Positions 51,501 to 64,000 of a stretch of 64,000 bases of DNA are shown piece by piece. Each line of letters starts with the position of its first letter. Within the stretch, counting starts at the first letter, position 1. The position numbers were made by a program, and so were the translations under genes. Origin of the DNA: Paraphysomonas bandaiensis (Eukaryota; Protista; Chrysophyceae); contig CBFFRP010000412.1 of assembly GCA_965644295.1 (NCBI GenBank), forward strand, positions 124,001 to 188,000. Reading direction: 5' to 3'. The notes beneath the pieces are model-generated. The model was not told the DNA's origin. It searched no databases and saw only the letters and a program-made list of their open reading frames with translations.

Positions 51501-54500
51501 TTCCTCTGAGAGTGGGGGCGAAGGAAGTTCGGCGAAGTTTAAATGGTGCGATGGTGTGTTTTTGACCGCCCTCAAGAAGGGCGACTGGGTACTGTTGGAT
51601 GAAATGAACTTGGCTCCCCAGTCTGTACTTGAAGGTCTAAATGCGTGTTTTGATCATCGTGGTGAAGTATATATACCTGAAATCGGCAAATCGTTTGCAT
51701 GCGCCCCGTCTTTTCGAGTGTTTTGCGCTCAGAATCCTATGTCAGAAGGTGGAGGAAGGAAAGGCTTACCACAGAGTTTCTTGACACGTCTGTCACGCGT
51801 GTATGTTGAGCCGATGACTGCTGGTGATATGGTTCAAATAGCTGAAGTTGCATATTCTTCGAAGCTTTCTACGAAGTATTCAGTATTTATTGCAAAAATG
51901 GTCAGCTTTGTACAAAAACTTCAGGAAGATATTGCAGAGAAGAATCTCTATGGGCGGTCGGGTGGGCCATGGGAATTCAATTTGAGGGATGTATTTCGTT
52001 GGTGCGATATTGTGTATTCGAGAGCAACTGCGTCTGAGTATATGGACAATACGTCTCTCAGTCAATATATTGTTGCTGATGCCGCGAATATGCTGTTTGT
52101 ATCACGCATGCGGACGCTGGATGACCGCTGGCACGTTAAGCAGGCGTTTGAATCCGTATTTGGATATTCATTGGATGTGGATATGGTACCCCTGGTTAAT
52201 GTAGTGTCATCGTCAGACTGGAATTGCAGTGTACTCATTGGCTGTGAAAATATGTCGTACAGTTCTACTGGCCTAAGTTTAATGAACACGTGTTCGATCA
52301 AGGTACTTTCCAGTATGATCATGCATGAACACGACATGCCATTGCGTGGTGATTTACTCAAGCCGCTGGAGAGCATTGCTACATGTGTGAATTTGAATAT
52401 CCCAGTTCTGTTAGTTGGGCACACAGGGAGTGGGAAGAGGCGATGCATTAGGCACTTGGCACATGTGACGGGGAACCTCACTCGTATGGTTGAATTCGCT
52501 GTAACACCATCGACGGATGCAACTGAGTTGTTGGGATCATTTGAACAAGCCAATATTTACCGTTCTTTATATCGTGGAATGACTTTACTGGATAACCTGG
52601 CAGCCAGGCTTTCTATTGTGACGGTGTCTCTTAATCTCCCTGAGTTGAATGACGTTGTAGCTGTGCTCCTGTCAAGGTGTTTCGAGGCTACAGCTAGAGT
52701 TGAAAGCATCTCTGAAAATAATGCTATTATGTTACACAAAGCAAAGGAGAAGAACAGTGATAATATATTTAACATGCTCAATGATTTAATAGCAACGTTT
52801 CACAATGCATTGGCTTTGTTACATAGTCACATTTCTTCTTCGACTGTTGTCACCTCAATTGCAATCAACTGCGCTGAGTACGTTGAGATATTGAACGAAG
52901 TTTTTGCAATTTTTGATAAATGCTGGAGTGATTGCAACAGTCAAAGTTCCGCAGGAAATTTTGAGTGGGTTGATGGTGTAGTCGTAACCGCATTGGAGCG
53001 GGGATACTGGTTGCTGGTTGAAAATGTCAATTTATGCTCGGCTAGCGTTTTGGATAGGCTGAACTCTCTCTTAGAGCCCAGCGGAACGTTACTTTTAACT
53101 GAAAATGGCGAAGGGAGGATTGTAACACCACACGAAAACTTTCGAATATTCTTCTCGATGGACTCCACGTACGGGGAAATATCACGAGCAATGAGAAACA
53201 GATGTGTAGAAATTGCGTTGGTGACTTCGAAAGATGAATTTTCTGATACATATCGTACTTCTCATCCCGTAGGTAGTGATGGGGATGTTGCATCCGTGTA
53301 TGCACAGTCTGAACTGTGTGCAATATACAGTGAAGATGTGTGGCGAAGCCTATGCAATGTACACAACGAACTTTCTCGCTACACAACGAGTGGGGTTGGG
53401 CATGATATTCCTGTATATCGTATATTTGCTAGGGTATGTCGCATGTTTCATCTTAATTATATGAGTGGAATTCCTGCGCGTAATGCACTGTCAGACGCTG
53501 TGTCGGGAGTTGCCCCGTTTATATCGGACGTGTTGACCAATGGGAATGTATATACTACGGGGAAATTGGAAACCACTGCAGTTGGCCCCGCGGAGCGGAT
53601 GTTTGCGCTACTTCAGTGCTGTCATGGAGTCTTACCCTCTGAGACTGTGAGCGCTCTTGTATTTTTTCTTATCTCCTTTTCTCGTGACACCATTGATATG
53701 CGGGACACTTCTGACTGGATTGTGCAGTGGATATTGGCTGTTGACCAAAGGAAGTCGTCTGTGCTTCCATCTGTAATTAGCCACCTGCGTACTAACGTAA
53801 AAGATTTCACGAAAGATACCCCATCGATCGATATTCTATCGGAGTTATGGAGCATGAACATTGTTATATCATGCCGTATTATACGCGACTTTGCTGTATC
53901 TGCTGTCAGAAGAGCCTATTCATATACCTATGACGTAGTACAGAAGCGGATACTCGACTGTGTTTTCCAATGGATGTGTTCTTTGCTCAATACATCTAAT
54001 TTTGTAGAAGATATACGGGATTGTGACTCTACTCTGTGGATTGTAGAGTATATATCAGAATCGAAAATCATGGATTGGGTAGTCGCAAATACTTCTGTAC
54101 TGAGTATCGCCTATAAACACACACAGACAGATATTGCTATTGCGAGGCGTGCTCATGCTCTCTTTCATGAGTCTACGGATTCGGCGTACTCAGTGGAAAA
54201 CATGCGATTGCTTAAGCTGTATATTTCTTTTGTTGAAAAGTATCACCATGCACGGTGTCCAATACTCTGTGCTGAACAGCGACACACTGCTAGAGTTAAA
54301 AACGTTGTGCTTGGATTCTCGATGGCCGCCGAAGATAGTCAATCATTTTCTTCAGTGTACTCTTGTTTGTACGAAGTTGCTGTAGCAGCAGCGTCCAATT
54401 CAAGTCATTTAAATGATTGCAGGGAGGCGTCCGTTTTATGTGCGATACAGCAGCTGCTTCTGAGTATTAACGATGCCTTTAAGCATGTGTGTAGGGTTGT

Positions 54501-57500
54501 GCTGGCTGTCGGTGTATCCAATGCACAGTGTCATATTCAAGAATTTATTGATAGCTACGGTGATCTCGTGATACACAGAGATATTTTGTCACGGATCCTG
54601 ATTGATGGAGTAGCGGACATGCGCCGGATGCCATGGGGTCATATCACAGTAGCTCTCAGGTGGATACAGAAGAAATTAAGTGTCATGTACAATCATTCCA
54701 AAGCATTGATCAGTTCGCATGTTGACGATGTTAACGCTGCAGTGAAAGTCGTCTGCAATCACTGTGGTACTATGCAAACAATACACCGGCGGTGCGATGC
54801 GGCAATTGCTTCGTACTGGCGAAAAACAGTGCCCTTTGACAAGGTTCGATTGTGGAAAGAGGGTGGACATGCAGCTTTACCTATTACGCTGAGTGACTGG
54901 TCGATAAGGAGTGCGATCTCGAGACTGCTATCTGTAACTATGGGGCGTGTTCCTTTGCCAAGCTTCGTTTCCCCATGGCACGAGAAAATGGTACACTTAG
55001 TAGACAACCAGTATCAAACTCTGAACAATAGTGATTCAGGCGGGTTTGGTTCAGTTAGTTTTAATTCATTACGAAGAAATCCGCAGCTGATGCGAGAATG
55101 GCTCTGTCTGTTTAGTACATTTTACTGGAGCAATACAAATGAAATTCCTCCTATAGAAAGCACACCAGCAGGATTTGTTGCTTCCAAACAATTCAGCAAG
55201 AGGAATCGAATCAGAGTCGACTTTGATAAACTTTTGTCTGCAATAGATGCCAAGTTCAAAAGCTCGATTGAAGCTTTATTGGGTGCTTCTAAAGTGGAGG
55301 AAATCGATGCAGGGGAATCAATGTATGAAAATAGTGTTACTAAATCTGAGTTCGACCGCAGCGTTGAGGTATCGAGTTCTCAAAAAATTGACGATGAAAT
55401 TCGCCGTAACGGTTCGTTCTATTCGACTTTTCTTGCTGAGCCTGAGGCTATTCGAGGACTTATTTGTATTGTTGAACTTGTAGCGTCGATAAACACTCTC
55501 ACAACTGCTACATCATTCAGCTCCCATGACTCCACTTGTGCTTTACATCGTCAGTTGGAGCTCAAAGGACTGTATTATGAATTCATTCTACCACTTCGGC
55601 ACCACGCTGCTTACGTTCTTTCACTTACTTTACAGCACACCCTTTATGATCCGCATTTATTGCGAGAGTTGCAAACGCTTGTGTGGTTCATTGATTCACT
55701 GTTTAAAGACGAGAAAAGTGAGAATTCTGGTAGTGAGAAGTCTTCTATGGCGTGGTCCGAAGAATCCATTCTTATTTTGAATAAGCTGTCTACCTCCTTT
55801 TCTATCATGCTTGATATTAGATTGCACTCAATGCTCTCGTACAACTTGTCCAATTCCCTTAATTTTGTCGAATTTTTTTGGGGAAGTAAAACGTTGGAGA
55901 AATTCAAAACTAATCCTTATCACCAACTCGAAGATGACGGTAGCTCTGTGCATAACACGGAGTCAACATCACTTGTCGGTTGCACCGAAATGTATACAAC
56001 TGGAATCTTAAGGCAGCTGCAACCTGTGTCGATAGAAGTAATCCTGCGCTTGCTTCACACCGAATCTATGAGACTTCCACTAAGTGACAATTCGACAATG
56101 CGATCGCTGACATATCATGACTCTTCTCCTCTCACAATATCATCGTACGCTGAGGCGAGAAATAAACTCTTGGGCATGTATCGCATGTCTGTTCACACTG
56201 CCAACTCCAGGAAAGCCTGTGCGAATGAGTTTGGTCAATTAAAGCTCTTAGCATACTATACCATTGTAGTAATTAGAAGCTGTAGGGACTTTATCCACAG
56301 CGAAGTGTACGAGAAGTTCCAGTACATAGTGAGTCAAATTAAGAGTTCTCAAACTGTATCACTGGAGGTGTTCGAGGAACTGTCAGCTCTGAATGTTCAG
56401 CTGTACACCAGCAATGTCTATATAAGCAAACTGTTTGCCGACTGTTTGCCATCAATTTTTGATGTCCTTACATCAAGCTCAATTGTTTCTAATCCTGATG
56501 CCCATGTCGTTGATATTGGACTGGCATGGACTTGTATTGGTATACTGCGGGTACACCTTTCAGTACCAGTGTCTCATGTAGACCCGGCGGTGAAGTCTGC
56601 AACCAAAGCGGAACTCCTCTCACACCATACGCGATATATTTCAAACAGCTATATAACTGAGAAATTCGTCTGTTCAATTAAAGGTGGAGCATCGGTTATT
56701 CCTCCAATGCATGAATTGGAGTATGTCTATGTAAATATGGAGAGAAAAATATCTCGCTTACGGGACAATGCGATTGAGAGGCCGGATGACATTCCCCAGT
56801 TTACTGAAGTGTTTAGTGAGCTGAGAGAAGCTTGTGAAAGTCTTGTTATCAGTGATCGTATTCTGAACATAGCTTTATCGTGTAAAAAGAACTTGGAAAT
56901 ATTGAGGAGTGTGGAGTGGTCGAGTACGTCCTCTATGAACTTAGCGAATAAACTTATGAATGAATTTAAGCATTTGTCGTCTGAGGAGCACGCATGGCAA
57001 GAATCTGTAAATGGCTTCTTGTCTCGACTTGATTCAATATTCTGTGATTATGAAGACATTACCTCTCCCATAACTTCTGCTTTCCACAGTATATCCATGG
57101 GCCTTCGTATGGTAGTGGGATGGAGCTATGCCTTCGCGGAAGAGTGTTTTACAATGAAATCTTCCGATGCATTTGACACAATAGAATCCGCTGCTACAAA
57201 TCTCTTTTCTATTCCATGTACAGCCAATATTTCTCTCAGTGAAGCTTCTAGAGATATTTTTAGTACTGTATGCGACACACTTACCCATACTAACTACCTA
57301 TCCTTGAGAGCGACAAGACGATTACAGTCGGCGAGGGATGTGGACGTCACACAACCGAGCCCACGCTCTATCAACTCATTAGCTCCAAGTTTTTCTCGTA
57401 TTGTAATGTTATCGAAAATTGATTACTATGTTGGATGTGGTATTGTGAATCCTATGCAAGTATATGATTCTTTTTCCAAGATTCTTGAAAATTTTGCTGA

Positions 57501-60500
57501 AACTTATCGAGTGAAAGAGGCTGAGAGAAAGGAAACTGAATTACGGAAGACAGCACTCTTTAGATACAAGGACAGTTCCGAAAATTCCACTTCAAGTAAA
57601 TTCGGTAATTCAGATAAAACTTTTGAATCAAACGATGAAAAAGAAGAAAACGAAGCACTGATGGCTAACTTTCCAAATCATCTTGTTATGTTCGATGATA
57701 TTATCAGTGGAAATAACGACGCAGCGGAGTATGGTGATATGGAAACTGATAGAACGGATGTCGCCTCTGCACCACAAGAATCTGATGGCCTTGTATTGGA
57801 CGATAGGTGTGTTAGTACATTGATTAATCTGCATGCAAGAATGGTTTTGGTGCATCTTCCTCTGTCACTGAGCCTCAGGCGATGCATTTGGGAGCGTTCA
57901 CAGCAAGAAAATACCGCTACAGTGCTGTCAACAAGTAATTCGAATGCTGCTAAATCGATAGCTAAAGATCCTGGTGTGGAGTACCGCGCATTTCACCTAG
58001 GTATCACAGAAACTAAAGAGTTTCGAAATTGTCTTCGTGGGAACCTCACGGAACACACAGTCTCACTTGGAAAATTGCTAGCTTGGGGAATTGGAAGAGC
58101 CATGGTTTCTTCTTTAGAAAAGACACTTCGTGGCTTGGGATTGGTTACGCTTTCAGCTGTCGCACAAGAGTGTAACGTCGAAAGCAATGAAATAAGTGGT
58201 TTTTCCTCGTGCTTGAGAAGTTTTGCAGATTATTATGCGACGAATAACCAGCCGATTGATCGAGACTTACTCTTGCTGTTGGACTCGAGACCTGGGACGC
58301 CGTGGAACCCGCAAAACTTTCATACGGATGGTAACAGCAGCGAGGCAATTAAAGCTGCTCCTTGTGTGAGGAAAATGCTTCAGGCTGCAGTGAACCTACT
58401 GGTGAAATTTCCCGAGAACGAGTTTCTTTTAAATATTTGTAAAATTTCTGCAAGAATTGCACAATTCTCTATTAAAGAGCCGATTGGAAAAATGTTAGCG
58501 TCGGTTCAATTATTGCTACGGAGTGCCCAGGATTGGGAGCAGTATGCGGCAAAGCACGTGTCCCTACAAGAGCCAATGCAGGATTTAACCTCAATAATAA
58601 CTCACTGGAGAACACTAGAATTGAAGTCCTGGGCGGATCTATTGCGATGCCGAGAAGTTGTATTCGCAGAGCGAGCTCGGAGATTCTGGTTTTCACTCTA
58701 TGGTGTCTTAAATTCGCTGCCTGAATTATCCGCTAAGGATATTCCTACTGAGCCGTTGTTTTCTGGGACGACGACATGGAAATCTCTATATGCGTCAACT
58801 CCAACATGGTTTCATCTACAGAATAGTACTACCCCAGACGTTCTATCGGCACTTGGTGGTCATTACAACAAGAAAACAGATTCCAGTACAAAGCGAAAAG
58901 CGGCAAAGTTGAAAAAGCTCTATCGTGTTTCTTATGAAAACGAGGCCAGAAGTAGTTTCAACGAATCCGAGTATCTCAAGACAGTATTCGATACATTGGA
59001 TGGGTTCTTGAGATCATGTGTTGTTGGTGAATTTCCAACTCGCTTACATTTGGTGCGCCTGTTTTCACTGGAATTGATGCAAACTTCTTCTGTGTCATAC
59101 TTCAGTGATTTCGATGTATCAACTGTTGAAGACTATAAAAAGCTCCTGAAAGTCAAATTAGCGTTTGTATCGTATGGTTTATGGCAGTATTATTCTCAAT
59201 TTCTTCCTTCCATCAGAAAGTTTCAAGACCTTTTAAAAAGCCCGATTGAGAAGCGTCTGAAAGATGAAATTAAAATAAGCAAATGGGACCAAATGAATGC
59301 CTATGCTGTGATGGAGCACTCTGAGAGAGTACATCGTAAGCTAAATAAAATAATTAGAGAATATGAGGGAGATGTGCTTGAATATCCGATATCTGCTATA
59401 TTGCATAAGGAGATCATGGGTGATTTCGTTTCCGAACAGGGTGAGCTTCAACCGTCAACAACAGTTCCGCCACATGTGATGATTTTTCCGACACTTGAAT
59501 TACCTTCAGCGACACCTTCAACATCAGAGAGTGTTTCGGCTCATTTGTCGTCCAGTAAAAATGCAGATGATTCTGTAACGTCGGAGTATGAAGACGACGA
59601 AGGTGGTGATACAAATAAAACTTTGACCAGCAGTGTTCCGTGTCCTGTGTATATTGAATTGAAAGACTATGCTCCGACAGTATTGTTACATGTCTCTCGG
59701 CTGACTTCCTTTAATAGCTATGCATCAATTCCGACTACACTTCCGGAACGTTGCCATCGGCTTTATCAAACTCAAAAGTTATTTACGAAAGTATCTCTGT
59801 ATTTGCATGATATATTTGTGTTAAGTTCGTATACGAAATCCACTGGCACGACTATTAAAACTGAGAATGATTCAACCGGAGACTCTCAGTCCAATAGCTA
59901 TTACGGCAAGCTCAGGTATGGTCTTATGGCAGCTGAAGTGTCGGAAAACATGTGTGCCAATATATTCTACCGCATAGAGGTGTTGCGGTCATCTGTAGAT
60001 TATACGCCCAGGAGTGTTAAGCATCGAGCTTTTGGTGATCTTCTGCGGCGGCTGAAGGAAGAAGGTATAACTCATCTGCGAAGTGAAGTCCCACCTCAAG
60101 TCAGAGTACCTGTGGATGTGTTTTCTGTACAACCACTTCTTCCTGTGGAAATCGCTGTGGATCTTGGCTTGTCAATATATAGTGCAACTAAACGCTCAGA
60201 GGATTCAGAAACTTTCCTTCAGTCAATCATCGATAAATCTGAGAGCTATTTTTATCGCAATATCTGTGAGATTAATCAAATGAGATCCCAAGCCGCAGCG
60301 CCTATCTCGAGCGATATTTCTCAACGTGAAGTGCAAATAATGCTGGGCCAAGCTGAGAACATGTTTTTCTCGCTTTTAAAGCATCGAACTGCGATTGGTG
60401 CAGCGTTGCATGATATTCACTCGCTGTTGTCTGTAAAAGATAAGTTGCACACGCTGCTTTCAATGGATGGACTCGCAGAATCTTGTTCTGTAATTCCTAA

Positions 60501-63500
60501 TCAAGAAACGTTGAGGTGTATATGGGAATATCGACAGAGGGCTGGAAATTTACTTTTCAGCTCACTTGCGGAGCTAAACGAATTACTGATATCTGCTGCT
60601 GTGGTAAATTCTGAGAAGCAGGTGGATGATTCATATGGGTTAGACATCTGTATGGAGGATGATATTGTACAACGTATCCCTGACTGGCAAATGAAGTCAG
60701 CAATCGATGGGCTGAATAGTTTTCTTCGTGTTTTGGAAAGCTTCGTCGCATGTAATCTGCGCACTTCACCTGATGAGTGTATCACTGAGAATGCGTGGTC
60801 ATCTGTTGGAATAAACATCGTGGGCATGCGCCGTGCTAATACTCTTGGTTTTGTATTTGGAGTTGGTGACGTGACGAAACTAATCGAGTCATCCAATGTG
60901 TTAGAAACGAATAGGACTGACATGGAGAGTGTCTTTCACTATCTCAAGAATATTTTATCTGAAGATGTAGTGGATAAAGTGGTAGAGCAGTACAAGGACT
61001 TCATGCAAGAAATTGGAAATCAGCGAAAACAATTGGACGGTATGCTCTCGCTTTGCTCACGAGGTGATGACAGTAATAGCACGGCACTTGTAAACAACTC
61101 CGCTGGCACACTAGCCAATGTCGTAAATATGTGCCTTGTGTCAGTACAAGAACTTCGTACATTAGCCGGAAGGGTTCCAGCCGCAGACACCAAGGAAACT
61201 ATATCACAAAGAATTGACTGTTTCGGTAATTCTGTACCGATTCCACAATGGTCAGATCAAAAGGACGCATTCGATAGCGGCTCGGATGTGTCCTTGACGG
61301 AGAGCTTTAGAATGAGTTCTCTCTCTTTTTCTGCTCTTAAAGTTGCTGATGTATCCTCAAGTCTGAATTCGTTTTTGAATTCCTTGTCCTGTGCTTCTTC
61401 TGAATTAAACTCGATTCAAGGAGACCCTGCGCATGTATTACGGACATTGTTTTTTAACGTAGCCCCTCTTTTAGACTGCCTGACCGCTGCGTCCAGAATA
61501 CTTGTACAGGACATGTTGGCATCGTATAAGTCTTGTGGGAAGCTTTTATACATATGTCTACGCGTGTTTCGCGTTTTATTAGCGAAGGGATTTTGTGCTG
61601 ACACAACCAAGGAAGGGGATGGTGGAGGTGAAGGCTCCGACGATATTTCCAATATGATATTTGAGGACGATGTAGAAGGCACTGGTATGGGTGAGGGAGA
61701 CGGTTCTAAGGATGTCAGCGACCAGATCGAAAATGAAGAGCAGTTGTTGGGATTGAAGGGTGAAAAACCGGACACCGAAAAGGATGCCGGTGATAAGAAA
61801 CTCAATGAAGAAGAGCGGGATCAAGGTGTTGAAATGATGCAGGACTTTGATGGTGAAATGTACGATCTCCCTGAAGAAAAGGAGGACGAGAAGAAAGAAG
61901 ATGACAATGAAGATGATGGAGAAGATCTGGATCGTGAAATGGGAGGTGAGTTGGACATGGATAATATTGTCGATGAGAAACAGTGGGGCGATGATGAGGA
62001 CGAGGAAGACGGACCACAAGATGACGAGACGTTTGAGAAAGACAGCAAAATGCAGGGTGAAACTATCGATGGCGAGATGACAACCAAGACAGATGAAGAC
62101 GAGCCTGAAAATAGGGACAATGAGGCATCTAAGCCAGATAAATCCACTGCAGATGATGGTGGTGCTGATGAAAACGAGGGGCCTGAAGAAGAGAACATAA
62201 ATGAGGAGGCACAACAGGATAAACCTTTAGGTGTCGATGTGCAACAAGATCCACAAAAGGATGACGGGGAGGTCCCAGATGAAGCATCCGATGGCGAGGG
62301 TGATGAGGGAGGGCTTGGAGAAGAAGATGCCGCACAGGGAGAACAGCCAGAAGGTGAAGATTTACCTGATAACATGGAGCTCGGGGATGATCAGAGTGAT
62401 GGTGATGCTGAAGACAATGGGGCCGAGCCGATGGAAATACAACCAGAAAACGATGAGGAAGGCTCAGGTGATGAATCTCCCGCAGAGGACGATGAGAATG
62501 ACGATGTAAGTGAAGCAGAAGATGGGCCAGAGAAATCTCAAACGCTTGGCGGTAGTGGGTCAATGAACGATCCTAATGATGCGGAGAAGCCTCAGGACGA
62601 GGAAGATGACCAGAATGACGAGGATGCTGAAATGGACAGAAATCCTTTGTCGAATCCGGAACATAAGAACGCTGCCCCAGTTTTTGGGGTTCAGTCAATG
62701 ACTGGAAAAGATTCAGTGTTGAATGCTGAGGATGAGGTGCATGATGATACTGGTGAAAATGAGGCAGAAGCAGAAGAGGGCATAGATAATACAAAAGAAC
62801 CTTCTGGAGGAGCTGCATCTAGCGGTCATGGTGCACAGTCGTCATCCAATGAGGACGAATCCGACAAGCAGCCAGAGAATCCGAAAAATTCTGCGACATC
62901 TGGGGCGTCATCAGCTGGTGGTCAAAATACTGAGGGTCAGGGCAGCGACAAAAAGCAGAAGGACCGACGGACAATGGAACCACCGAATCCTTTCCGCAAG
63001 CAGGGTGACATAACGGAAATGTGGCACAAGAGGCTGAATATAGAGTCTACTGCGGACGAAGCGGATGAATCTAATCAACAGAGAAGTCAGGATGATGGAA
63101 TGGGGTCTTATGAGTACGAGAGAGAGACCGCTGAGGAGGGAGAGAGTAAAGATAGTGGTGGGATGCAAACACTTGCGGAAGCCAGTGAGAAAGATGTTTC
63201 TCAGCTTCCTCAGGCTAATGAAGACGAGAATGGAGAAGATGGTGCTCAAGAAATGAGTGATGAGGAGGGAGAAAATGATGAGAATGATACTAAAGAACCG
63301 CCGAGTACAGCCCGTAGCGAAAAGAGGGATCGAGAAAGAGCTGCGGCTGAAGATAATCTGTATGACGACTCCGACGAGAGCGCAACAAAGCGAAAGCGTG
63401 CAAACCCAACCCTTGAAGACTCTGACGATAGCGACGTGGATATGTTAGAATTTCCCGACGATAAAGAAGAAAATCAGGAATTTAACTCTAAAGAAGGTAA

Positions 63501-64000
63501 TATGAAGGACGATGATGAATTATACAAAGGCGGAATTACCGTGCAAAATGTCGACTCATGGATGGCGAAAAATGATACAGAAGGTGTCGGAACCTTAGTT
63601 GAGAATGACGACGAGGATGGTCCCTGCGACGATGTTGAAGTGATAGAAAATCAGGAATTATTGGACGAATCACGTCTGCGTGAAGCCCAGGAGCAATGGA
63701 TGCGCCTCTCTGCGCAATATCAGAGTTCAAGTATTCGATTATGTGAACAGCTACGTCTTGTATTGGAGCCCACACTAGCCAGTCGACTACAGGGTGACTA
63801 CAGGACTGGTAAGAGAATTAATATGAGGAGAGTAATTGGTTACGTAGCATCGGGGTTCAGAAAGGATAAAATATGGATGCGGCGGACCAAGCCAAGTAAG
63901 AGGGAATACCAAGTAATGGTTATGATTGATGACAGTAGCTCCATGGGCCAGGCGGGGCCTCTTGCAATGGCCTCCCTGTCAATGCTTTCTGGAGCGCTTA
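45519..64000 (+). CDS. MDN1: Midasin (Rea1) AAA+ ATPase, 3'-partial
   Basis: Six AAA Walker A motifs: GESGSGKS, GETGSGKT, GPTSVGKT, GETGCG|KT, GPPGV|GKT and GHTGSGKR. A long linker and D/E-rich tail lead to LEPTLASRLQGDYRTGKRINMR and the MIDAS motif DDSSSM near 63930. Introns are at about 45709-45766, 45883-45932, 49829-49875 and 51326-51375. Confidence 0.97.

Noticed and set aside
45936-64000. Dozens of short or antisense ORFs (e.g. 50107-50871, 61579-62214, 61821-62375)
   Set aside because: They are shadows of the midasin frame. The antisense of its D/E-rich tail gives Ser/Phe/Leu-rich pseudo-proteins.

Overview
Eukaryotic genomic DNA with short (mostly 45-60 nt) GT-AG introns. It is most likely a stramenopile, inferred from the myosin architecture and gene content. 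Genes in order: the 3' end of an unknown gene; a degraded ORF; a PHTF-like multi-TM protein; a family II (DHH/PpaC-type) pyrophosphatase; an amidohydrolase; a bromodomain-ET protein; a PGG-repeat (Jupiter/SPIRAL1-like) protein; a calcyphosin-like EF-hand protein; cytochrome c; a CTFxP-repeat protein; an H+-pyrophosphatase pseudogene; a JMJD8-like oxygenase; a CDPK7-like EF-PH-kinase; a myosin with about 23 IQ motifs and an Ank-PH-Ank-C2 tail; gamma-glutamyltransferase; and midasin, which runs off the window. Between the genes lie transposon islands at about 11.8-14.6, 17.2-19.6, 26.3-28.1 and 40.1-42.0 kb. They contain an hAT element with intact TIRs and an 8-bp TSD, plus at least six copies of a ~125-bp terminal-repeat family. 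The same end of that repeat abuts both a PBS-like leader and a PPT-like tract, which implies an LTR-like element with inverted termini. The best leads are this inverted-LTR family, the PHTF/7TMIC-like channel candidate and the very long myosin lever arm. All calls come from reading the sequence by eye; no searches were run.
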